Source: an uncultured Alphaproteobacteria bacterium (lineage in GTDB: Bacteria > Pseudomonadota > Alphaproteobacteria > HIMB59 > GCA-002718135). Taken from it: 64,000 bases of DNA. Shown here one piece after another: positions 55,076 through 62,410 of this stretch. The notes under the pieces were generated by a model. It was not told the origin of the DNA, did not search any database, and was given only the letters and a program-made list of their open reading frames with translations. Made by a program: the position numbers and the translations under genes. The stretch covers positions 1,245 through 65,244 of the forward strand of contig CACKRG010000005.1 in NCBI GenBank assembly GCA_902602515.1. Direction: 5' to 3'. Position 1 is the first letter of the stretch; each line of letters begins with the position of its first letter.

Positions 55076-55324
55076 GGGGCGTTCTGTTGCTCGGTGCCCC
55101 TGACCGCGCTCACCTAGAATCTAGGCAGCAAGTGCTAATCTATTATCGTTAGCGTTTATAAAATAGCCCGATAACGGTGGTACAATGCCGGATAAAGTCT
55201 TTGTCTTTCAATTACCGTCGATCCTATTTCGTCCCCATATTTATGGTGGAGACGCCGGGTACCGCCCCCGGGTCCGAATAACTTATTTCACAAAGCATTT
55301 ATTATCTTAGTTGATAAATCAACA
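55076..55324 (-). ncRNA. ssrA: two-piece (circularly permuted) tmRNA: acceptor piece about 55245-55324, 7-nt spacer, coding piece 55076-55237
   Basis: On the minus strand the order is ...UAUUCGGAC, the T arm [CCGGG]GGCGGUA[CCCGG], then CGUCUCC-ACCA, then UAAAUAU, then GGGGACGAAAUAGGAUCGACGG.... Acceptor pairing GGGGACG/CGUCUCC includes a G3-U wobble, the AlaRS identity element. The tag ORF GCT AAC GAT AAT AGA TTA GCA CTT GCT GCC TAG encodes ANDNRLALAA*. The CCA end precedes the GGGG 5' end, which is the alphaproteobacterial permuted arrangement. The 5' end of the acceptor piece is uncertain. Confidence 0.85.
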
Positions 55325-55330
55325 TAATAA

Positions 55331-55336
55331 TTATAC
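55331..55336 (-). promoter_or_regulatory. possible -10 hexamer (TATAAT on the minus strand) for ssrA
   Basis: The minus strand reads GGGGTATAATTATT about 80-90 nt upstream of the CCA end. No clear -35 is visible. Confidence 0.3.
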
Positions 55337-55431
55337 CCCAAACAAGCGTTCCATAAAAGATTTGTCTTAAATTATATTATTTAATTAAAATAATTGTTAC
55401 AATTTAATTAAAAAAAATAGATAAAAAACTT

Positions 55432-55920
55432 ATGATTAAAGCAATAATAGCAGTAGATGATAAAGGCGGTATTAGTAAAGGACAAAGTATGCCATGGCCA
55501 AAAAATTCTATAGATTTAAAATGGTTTAAGAAAAATACGTTAAATAATATAGTAATTATGGGTAGAAAAACATGGGATGATCCATTTATGCCTACTCCTT
55601 TGAAATCAAGAATAAATATTTTAATAACTAATAAAGATCCCCAAATGTATCAAGGTGCTGACTATTATCTCTCTGGAAGTATCAAAGATAAAATTATAAA
55701 TATTCAAAAGAAATATAATAATAAGGATATATTTATAATAGGTGGTTCGGAAATAATAAATCTTACATTTGAATTAATTCAAGAATTTTATCTAACAAGA
55801 ATCTACGGTAATTATAATTGTGAAAAATTTATAAATATTTCTATGGTAGAAAATAGTATGACTATGATTAAAAAGATTGATGGTGACACATCATGTCATT
55901 TTGAAATTTGGAGAAAATGA
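55432..55920 (+). CDS. folA: dihydrofolate reductase
   Basis: 162 aa with IIAVDDKGGISKGQSMPW....D.KWFK..T and VIMGRKTW motifs, plus IIGG near the C-terminal third. It overlaps thyA by 13 nt. Confidence 0.85.
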   Translation: MIKAIIAVDDKGGISKGQSMPWPKNSIDLKWFKKNTLNNIVIMGRKTWDDPFMPTPLKSRINILITNKDPQMYQGADYYLSGSIKDKIINIQKKYNNKDIFIIGGSEIINLTFELIQEFYLTRIYGNYNCEKFINISMVENSMTMIKKIDGDTSCHFEIWRK

Positions 55921-56747
55921 AACAATATTTAAAAGCTCTAAAACATTGTTTTGACACAGGAGTGGATGTTGAAAGTAGAGCAGGTAAGGTAAGAAAAAGT
56001 TTTGGATACCAAATGCATTTTGATCTTTCTGTCGGCTTTCCTGCAATAACAACTAAGAAATTAGCATGGAAGTCAGTTGTTTCAGAACTATTATGGTTTA
56101 TTGAAGGCTCTAATGATGAACGAAGATTAGCTGAAATCTTATATGGAGATAAAAGGGATAATATAAAAGATAAAAAAACAATATGGACTCAAAATGCTGA
56201 AGCAGATTATTGGAAACCTAAAGCAATGTTTAAGGGTGATGTCGGTAAGATTTATGGGGTCCAATGGAGAAATTTTAATGGAGAAGATCAGTTAAAGAAT
56301 TTAATACTTAGTCTAAAAAATGACCCTAATGGAAGAAGACACATAATATCATCTTGGAATCCACCTGAATTAAAAAATATGTCACTTCCTGCTTGTCATG
56401 TTTTTTCTCAATTTTTTATTTCGCATGGTAAATTAAGCTGTCAACTTTATCAAAGATCTTGCGATATGTTTTTAGGCGTACCTTTTAATATAGCAAGTTA
56501 TAGTTTATTTACTCACATGCTAGCACGAGAGTGCAATTTAAGTGTAGGACACTTTATTCATTCATTAGGAGATTTTCACATATATGAAGAACATTTTGAT
56601 CAAGTAAAAATTCAATTAGAAAGATCCCCAAAAAAACTTCCAAATCTCGATTTTAAAACAAAAAATTTTTTTAAGTATGAAGTAAATGACTTTAAATTAG
56701 TAAATTATGAGTATCATCCAAAGATTATAGCAAAAATGAATGTTTAA
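55908..56747 (+). CDS. thyA: thymidylate synthase ThyA (long, 279-aa subclass)
   Basis: TTKKLAWKSVVSELLWFIEGS, YGVQWRNF, RRHIISSWNP, active-site LPACH, YQRSCDMFLGVPFNIASYSL and GDFHIY. The insertion after the LWF..GS block matches the T4 td / phi3T ThyP3 / B. subtilis ThyA subclass from memory. Confidence 0.93.
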   Translation: MEKMKQYLKALKHCFDTGVDVESRAGKVRKSFGYQMHFDLSVGFPAITTKKLAWKSVVSELLWFIEGSNDERRLAEILYGDKRDNIKDKKTIWTQNAEADYWKPKAMFKGDVGKIYGVQWRNFNGEDQLKNLILSLKNDPNGRRHIISSWNPPELKNMSLPACHVFSQFFISHGKLSCQLYQRSCDMFLGVPFNIASYSLFTHMLARECNLSVGHFIHSLGDFHIYEEHFDQVKIQLERSPKKLPNLDFKTKNFFKYEVNDFKLVNYEYHPKIIAKMNV

Positions 56748-56783
56748 TCCTTAAGACTATGATTATTAATTATCAAAACAATT

Positions 56784-57818
56784 TCACCCTTGTAGGCCAA
56801 GATCAACTTTTTTTGCTATTGAAATATATTTTTCAGATATTTCTCCATTTGGATCGTCAATAATTGATGGACGTCCTTCGTCAGATTGCTTCCTCAACTT
56901 TTTATCTAGGGGTATGTTTCCCAAATAGGGAATCTTAAAATTTTCAGATTCTTTTTTCACTCCATCTTTAGAAAAGATAAAATGTTTTTGATTACAATTA
57001 TCACATACGAAGTAGCTCATATTTTCAACAATTCCTAAAATCTTTACATCAACTTTCTTAAACATATTAATACCTTTTCTAGCGTCAGTTAATGCAATTT
57101 CTTGAGGTGTTGAAATAACAATTGATCCTGATAATTTAGAATTTTGTGCTAAACTAAGTTGTGCATCACCGGTGCCAGGAGGTAAATCTATAATAAGGTA
57201 ATCTAAATTACCCCATTCAACACCGTTAAACATTTGTTCCAAAGCTTTCATTACCATTGGACCTCTCCAAATTGTAGGGGCTTCATTATCTAATATAAAT
57301 CCTATTGACATGCATTTTACGCCATAATTTTCGACTGGAATAAGTTTTTTCTCATTATTCATTTCTGGTTTTTCTGAAATACCCATCATGCGCGGAATGC
57401 TTGGCCCATAAATATCAGCATCAAGTAATCCGACCTTTTTACCTATTGATTTAAGCGCTATAGTTAGATTCACAGAAAAAGTTGATTTTCCAACACCTCC
57501 CTTGCCACTAGCAATTGCAATAATATTTTTTGCATCAATCTTAAATTTTTTTTCAGGTTTTTCGTTATTTTTATCAGATGTTAAGGCTATATTAACAGAC
57601 AACACTCCAGGTATCTGTGCAATATTATTTTTTAAAAGTTTTAAAATGTCTTTATAAATATAAGATTCATTCCCAGTAACTTGAAGGAAAATATTAACAT
57701 TTCCATCTTTAACTATGGCAGAAATATTGTTATTTTGACGCTCAAAGGGTAAATTTGTTTTTGGATCACTAAATTTCTTTGAAAAAGTATAAATTAAAGA
57801 TAAAATTTTATCAGACAT
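56784..57818 (-). CDS. apbC: Mrp/ApbC-family Fe-S cluster carrier ATPase
   Basis: 344 aa with an N-terminal DUF59-like domain, a deviant Walker A (ASGKGGVGKST) and a CxxC (CDNC). Confidence 0.9.
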   Translation of the reverse strand: MSDKILSLIYTFSKKFSDPKTNLPFERQNNNISAIVKDGNVNIFLQVTGNESYIYKDILKLLKNNIAQIPGVLSVNIALTSDKNNEKPEKKFKIDAKNIIAIASGKGGVGKSTFSVNLTIALKSIGKKVGLLDADIYGPSIPRMMGISEKPEMNNEKKLIPVENYGVKCMSIGFILDNEAPTIWRGPMVMKALEQMFNGVEWGNLDYLIIDLPPGTGDAQLSLAQNSKLSGSIVISTPQEIALTDARKGINMFKKVDVKILGIVENMSYFVCDNCNQKHFIFSKDGVKKESENFKIPYLGNIPLDKKLRKQSDEGRPSIIDDPNGEISEKYISIAKKVDLGLQG

Positions 57819-57905
57819 ACTTGATTTTTAGAGAATTACTCAAATATTAGTTATTAATTAATTTAATTAATGTTAGTAGATAGAACCTTATTTTGCAAAT
57901 AATAT

Positions 57906-59003
57906 ATGAATTTGAATAAAAATAATAATGATAACAATCCATGGGGATCTGGAAATAATAACCCATGGGGATCTGGTAATGGCGGGTCTAATAGGCAAGA
58001 TTTTGAAGAGTCTATCAAAAAAGCCAAAGATAGGTTTGGAAGATTTAAGTTTGGAGGAAAAAGAAATTTCTCAATATTTGCAATAATTGCTATTCTTTTT
58101 TGGTTAGCAACAGGTTTTTATAGAGTTGAGCCAGATGAACAAGGTGTTGAATTGTTATTTGGTAAATGGAATGGCCAAACTACTCAGCCTGGACTACACT
58201 ATTTTTTTCCTACACCTATTGGAAAAACAATAACCCCAAAAGTTGAAGTTATTAGAAAAATTAACGTAGGCTTTAGAAGTGCAAGTGATTTAGGTTTTGG
58301 CTCAACCTCTAGTGCAGAAAGAAAAGTTATTGAAGAAAGTTTAATGTTAACTGGAGACCAAAATATAGCTGATGTTGCATTTACAGTTTTATATAAGATT
58401 AAAGATGCAGGAAATTTTTTATTTCAGCTTAGAAACCCCGAACTCACTGTTAAAGACATGTCTGAAAGTGTTGTACGTGAAGTTGTTGGTCAAAGAGATT
58501 TACAATTTTTATTAACAGAAGGTCGTCAAGAAGTAGAACAAGTGGTTAGAAATGAATTACAATTAGTTTTAGATTCATATGAAAGCGGTGTTCTTGTTCA
58601 ATCTGTCCAACTTCAAAGTGTTGATCCACCTGATCAAGTTATTGATGCTTTTGATGAAGTACAAAGAGCAAGACAGGATAAAGAAAGATTAGTAAATGAG
58701 GCTAATACATACTTAAACAGAATCGTTCCTAATGCTCGTGGTGAAGCTGCTAAACTTGTAGAAGCTGCTACTGCATATAAAGAACAAGTTGTTAAGCAAG
58801 CAGAGGGTGTCGCTCAAAACTTTATTGATGTTTATAATAGTTACAAAGATGCAAAAGAAGTTACAAAAAGAAGAATTTATTTAGAAACCTTAAGAGAAGT
58901 ATTAGAAGGTAAAAATAAAATAATATTAGATGACACTGGAAATGGACAAGGAGTGGTCCCATATCTTCCACTAAATGAACTGAAGAAATCGGGAACTAAT
59001 TAG
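57906..59003 (+). CDS. hflK: FtsH protease modulator HflK
   Basis: 365 aa with an N-terminal N/G-rich repeat (NNPWGSGN x2), a TM helix and an SPFH/band-7 domain. It is followed by hflC. Confidence 0.9.
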   Translation: MNLNKNNNDNNPWGSGNNNPWGSGNGGSNRQDFEESIKKAKDRFGRFKFGGKRNFSIFAIIAILFWLATGFYRVEPDEQGVELLFGKWNGQTTQPGLHYFFPTPIGKTITPKVEVIRKINVGFRSASDLGFGSTSSAERKVIEESLMLTGDQNIADVAFTVLYKIKDAGNFLFQLRNPELTVKDMSESVVREVVGQRDLQFLLTEGRQEVEQVVRNELQLVLDSYESGVLVQSVQLQSVDPPDQVIDAFDEVQRARQDKERLVNEANTYLNRIVPNARGEAAKLVEAATAYKEQVVKQAEGVAQNFIDVYNSYKDAKEVTKRRIYLETLREVLEGKNKIILDDTGNGQGVVPYLPLNELKKSGTN

Positions 59004-59004
59004 C

Positions 59005-59880
59005 ATGAAATTTAGCGCACGAAATTTGTTAGTTCTTTTGGTTCTTTTTATTTTATTTCTTACGTTTACCGGTGCATTTTTTATCGTTAATGAAACAAAA
59101 CAAGCACTAGTTCTTCAATTTGGTGATCCGAGAAAAGTTGTAACAAAACCAGGTCTTCAATTTAAGATACCTTTCATACAAGACGCTGTTTTTATTGATT
59201 CAAGGTTGTTAAATTTAGATCCTCAACCTGAAGAAATGATATTATCTGATCAAAAAAGAATTATAGTTGATTCTTTTGCAAGATACAGAATTGTTGATCC
59301 ACTAAAATTCTTTCAAACAGTAAGAAATGAAACCACATTTTCTGATAGATTTGGAAGAATTATTAATGCTGCAGTTAGGGGTGTGATCGCACAATATTCA
59401 TTAACTTCTTTACTTAGCGATGAACGTATAAACATAATGAATGAAATTGAAAAACAAATTAAAGTAAATGAAAATTCTTTTGGAGTTGAAATTGTTGATA
59501 TTAGAATTGGCAGAACTGATTTAACAGAACAAGTATCAAATAACGTTTATCAACGAATGCGTTCAGAACGTGAAAAAGAAGCTAACCTTTTAAGAGCTGA
59601 GGGAGAAGAATTATCTAAAGAAATAGTTGCTTCTGCAGACAGACAACAAACAGTTATTTTAGCAGAAGCAGAAAGAACATCCTCAATACTCAGAGGAGAA
59701 GGGGATGCCGCAAAAAATAGAATACTAGGTGATGCATATAGTCTTGACGAAGAATTTTTCGATTTTTTAAGAACAATGCAAGCTTGTAAGGATACTTTTG
59801 GAGATACCGAAATGTCAATGGTTATTGCGCCTGGCGAAGTTTGTGAAAAGTTTTTTGGTGAAATTGATATTCAAAACTAA
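59005..59880 (+). CDS. hflC: FtsH protease modulator HflC
   Basis: 291 aa with a TM helix and an SPFH domain (V.E....LVLQFG...). Confidence 0.9.
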   Translation: MKFSARNLLVLLVLFILFLTFTGAFFIVNETKQALVLQFGDPRKVVTKPGLQFKIPFIQDAVFIDSRLLNLDPQPEEMILSDQKRIIVDSFARYRIVDPLKFFQTVRNETTFSDRFGRIINAAVRGVIAQYSLTSLLSDERINIMNEIEKQIKVNENSFGVEIVDIRIGRTDLTEQVSNNVYQRMRSEREKEANLLRAEGEELSKEIVASADRQQTVILAEAERTSSILRGEGDAAKNRILGDAYSLDEEFFDFLRTMQACKDTFGDTEMSMVIAPGEVCEKFFGEIDIQN

Positions 59881-60080
59881 TGTCTGAAATTTTACTTCTA
59901 AGCATTGGTGTTGTGCTTATTATTGAGGGACTTTTTTATTTTTTTTTGGCCAATAACATGAAGAAATTTATTAATATTTTAAGTTTAGTTAATCCAAAAA
60001 TTATTAAAAATATTAGTGCAGCCTGTTCATTAATTGGATTATGCCTTATTTATTTCACTTTCAAATTCTATAACAATTAA
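59880..60080 (+). CDS. small membrane protein, DUF2065-like
   Basis: 66 aa with two hydrophobic helices. Its position after hflKC is conserved in proteobacteria. The start overlaps the hflC stop (TAATG). Confidence 0.6.
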   Translation: MSEILLLSIGVVLIIEGLFYFFLANNMKKFINILSLVNPKIIKNISAACSLIGLCLIYFTFKFYNN

Positions 60081-60081
60081 T

Positions 60082-61443
60082 ATGAAATTAAAATTTCTAC
60101 TTCTGATTACTATTTTTTTTTCTAAACCCTTATTTGCTGTACCCGAAAGTTTTGCGGATTTAGTTGAAGAACTATCACCAGCAGTTGTCAGTATTGCTTC
60201 TACTACAATAGTTGAAAGTAATAACCAAAATCAAATACCACAATTTCCAGAAGGGTCTCCATTTGATGAATTTTTTAAAGAATATTTCGATCGTGATCAA
60301 AGAAGATCTCAAAGACCAATGACAGGACTTGGTTCCGGATTTATAATAAGTGAAGATGGTATTGTCGTAACAAATAATCATGTAATTGAAGGAGCTGACG
60401 AAATCACTGTTATTTTAAATGATGAAACAGAGTTTACCGCTGAGTTACTTGGCAGAGATCCAAAAGCAGACATTGCTGTACTAAAAATTGAACCTCAAAA
60501 TAAAAAACTTACTTATGTTGGTTGGGGAGACTCTGATAAGATGAGAGTTGGAGATTGGTCAATTGCGATTGGGAACCCTCTTGGATTAGGCGGTACTGTA
60601 ACAGCTGGTATTATATCTGCAATTTCAAGAGATTTAGGAAGTGGACCATACGTAAAATTTTTACAAACTGATGCATCTATTAATAGGGGTAATTCAGGTG
60701 GACCATTATTTAATTTAGACGGACAGGTAATAGGAATTAATACTGCCATTGTCTCTCAAACAGGCGGAAGTATTGGTTTAGGATTTGCAATACCAGCAAA
60801 TAGCGCAAAAAAAATAGTTCAACAATTAAAGGATTTTGGAAAAACAAAGAGAGGTTGGTTGGGTGTTCAGATTCAGCCAGTAACAAAAGACTTTGCTGAA
60901 AGTCTAGGATTACCAGACCAGAAAGGTGCATTTATATCAAACGTTAATCCTAATGGCCCCTCTAAAATAGCTGGATTAGAACCTGGTGATGTTATTTTAA
61001 AATTTAATAACATTGAAATAAAAAAAATGGGTGACTTGCCAAGAGTTGTAGCAGAGTCAGATGTTGGCTCAAAAGCTATATTAGAAGTTTGGAGAAAAAA
61101 TAAAAAAATCAATATAGAGGTTATATTAGGAGAATTACCAGGAGAAGTAATTACAGAAAGAAAGACAACCTCAAATATTGAAAATAATCTAAAAATAGAG
61201 TCATTAGGAATTACTATTCAAAATAATGATAAAGGAGTCCAGGTTGTTTCAATAGATGATGTAAATATTAGTTTACAAATAGATGATATAATTACTGAAG
61301 TTAATAGAGAAACTATAGACAATATAGATTCATTTGATCAGCTAGTAAAGTCTTTAGAAAAAACAGGCAGATCTTCTCTATTACTAAAAATAATTAGAGA
61401 TGATGAGCAAAGTTGGGTAACAATTAAATTTAAAAATAATTGA
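60082..61443 (+). CDS. degP: periplasmic serine endoprotease, DegP/DegQ (HtrA) family
   Basis: Start moved to MKLKFLLLITIFFSKPLFA, a signal peptide. Trypsin-like catalytic residues are present (TNNHV, D in DIAVLK, GNSGGPL), plus two PDZ domains. Confidence 0.92.
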   Translation: MKLKFLLLITIFFSKPLFAVPESFADLVEELSPAVVSIASTTIVESNNQNQIPQFPEGSPFDEFFKEYFDRDQRRSQRPMTGLGSGFIISEDGIVVTNNHVIEGADEITVILNDETEFTAELLGRDPKADIAVLKIEPQNKKLTYVGWGDSDKMRVGDWSIAIGNPLGLGGTVTAGIISAISRDLGSGPYVKFLQTDASINRGNSGGPLFNLDGQVIGINTAIVSQTGGSIGLGFAIPANSAKKIVQQLKDFGKTKRGWLGVQIQPVTKDFAESLGLPDQKGAFISNVNPNGPSKIAGLEPGDVILKFNNIEIKKMGDLPRVVAESDVGSKAILEVWRKNKKINIEVILGELPGEVITERKTTSNIENNLKIESLGITIQNNDKGVQVVSIDDVNISLQIDDIITEVNRETIDNIDSFDQLVKSLEKTGRSSLLLKIIRDDEQSWVTIKFKNN

Positions 61444-62363
61444 AAACTCAAATCTATTTTATATTAGGTCCAACAGCATCAGGAAAATCAAAATTTGCAT
61501 TAAGTTTAGCTGATAAATTAAACGGTGAAATTATAAATGCTGATAGTATGCAAATTTATACTGAATTAAAGATATTAACTGCTAGACCAACAATAATAGA
61601 TCAAAAAAAAATAAATCATCATTTATATGGTTTTGTTAAAGGTGATATTAGGTTTAATGTTCAAAGATGGTGTGAAGAGGCGTCAAAAAAAATTAATTTC
61701 TTATTAGATAAAAATAAAACGCCTATTTTAGTAGGTGGTACTGGTCTTTATATAGAATCTCTAATTAATGGAATAATTGCAATTCCATCTATTCCAGAAA
61801 ATATAAAAATTGAATCAGATAAAATTATTTCAAAAATTGGCAAGAGTAATTTTTTTAATTTAGTAAAAGAGCTTGATAGTGAAGCAATGAAGAATATTTC
61901 ACCTAATGATATTCAAAGAATAAGAAGAATTTGGGAAGTTAATTTTTTTACTAAGAAAAAGTTTACTGACTGGAAAAAAAATAAAAACAATAATTTTATT
62001 AATTTAAACAATTACAGAATTTTATTATTTCTTCCAGACAGAAATGAAAATTATAATAGAGTAGACCATAGGACACATACAATGTTTCAAGAAGGTGCAA
62101 TAGCAGAAGTAGAAAATTTACTTAAACTAAAATACAATAATAGTTTACCTATAATGAAAGCACATGGAGTTCCTGAAATTAAATCTTATCTAAATAATGA
62201 AGTTTCAATAGAAGAATGTATTTCTAAAATTCAACAGGTTACTAGAAATTATGTGAAGAGACAGCATACCTGGTGGAGATCGTCAAATCTTAAAATATTT
62301 AAAAAATTTGATCAATTTCCTGATAAAATTGACATAAAATCCATTAATTTAGACCTAAATTAA
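61440..62363 (+). CDS. miaA: tRNA dimethylallyltransferase
   Basis: 307 aa with a TTG start overlapping the degP stop, the P-loop GPTASGKS, DSMQIY and GGTGLY. Confidence 0.9.
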   Translation: MKTQIYFILGPTASGKSKFALSLADKLNGEIINADSMQIYTELKILTARPTIIDQKKINHHLYGFVKGDIRFNVQRWCEEASKKINFLLDKNKTPILVGGTGLYIESLINGIIAIPSIPENIKIESDKIISKIGKSNFFNLVKELDSEAMKNISPNDIQRIRRIWEVNFFTKKKFTDWKKNKNNNFINLNNYRILLFLPDRNENYNRVDHRTHTMFQEGAIAEVENLLKLKYNNSLPIMKAHGVPEIKSYLNNEVSIEECISKIQQVTRNYVKRQHTWWRSSNLKIFKKFDQFPDKIDIKSINLDLN

Positions 62364-62410
62364 ACTAATTTATTGATTTTATTTTATCCACAGCCTAAGA
62401 GCTAAATTCA

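Larger units (their letters stand above)
54539..55089. mobile_element. candidate integrase-less miniature or decayed integrative element inserted at the 3' end of ssrA
   Basis: It is bounded by an exact 14-nt direct repeat, TGGGGCGTTCTGTT (54539-54552 and 55076-55089). The second copy is the 3' terminus of the tmRNA coding piece. The interior carries 3+3 CTGTGTGCT repeats and one orphan ORF. No recombinase gene is present. Confidence 0.4.

Noticed and set aside
55238-55244. The possibility that the GGGG... segment at 55076-55237 and the CCA-ending segment are two separate genes (a tRNA-like gene plus an sRNA) rather than one permuted tmRNA.
   Set aside because: The two acceptor strands are mutually complementary with the G3-U alanine identity pair. 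The 5' segment carries a tag ORF ending in LALAA-stop. The upstream segment lacks D and anticodon arms. Together these fit only a two-piece tmRNA.
57930-57990. A tandem DNA and protein repeat (NNPWGSGN x2) at the HflK N-terminus.
   Set aside because: It is a short low-complexity cytoplasmic tail upstream of the TM helix. Such N/G-rich tails vary among HflK proteins, and nothing suggests a separate element.
62384-62392. A perfect DnaA-box consensus, TTATCCACA, upstream of ilvB. An 8/9 match (GTATCCACA) lies at 50741-50749.
   Set aside because: These are isolated single boxes. There is no cluster, AT-rich unwinding element or origin-linked genes nearby, so they are most likely chance or minor regulatory sites and not an origin.
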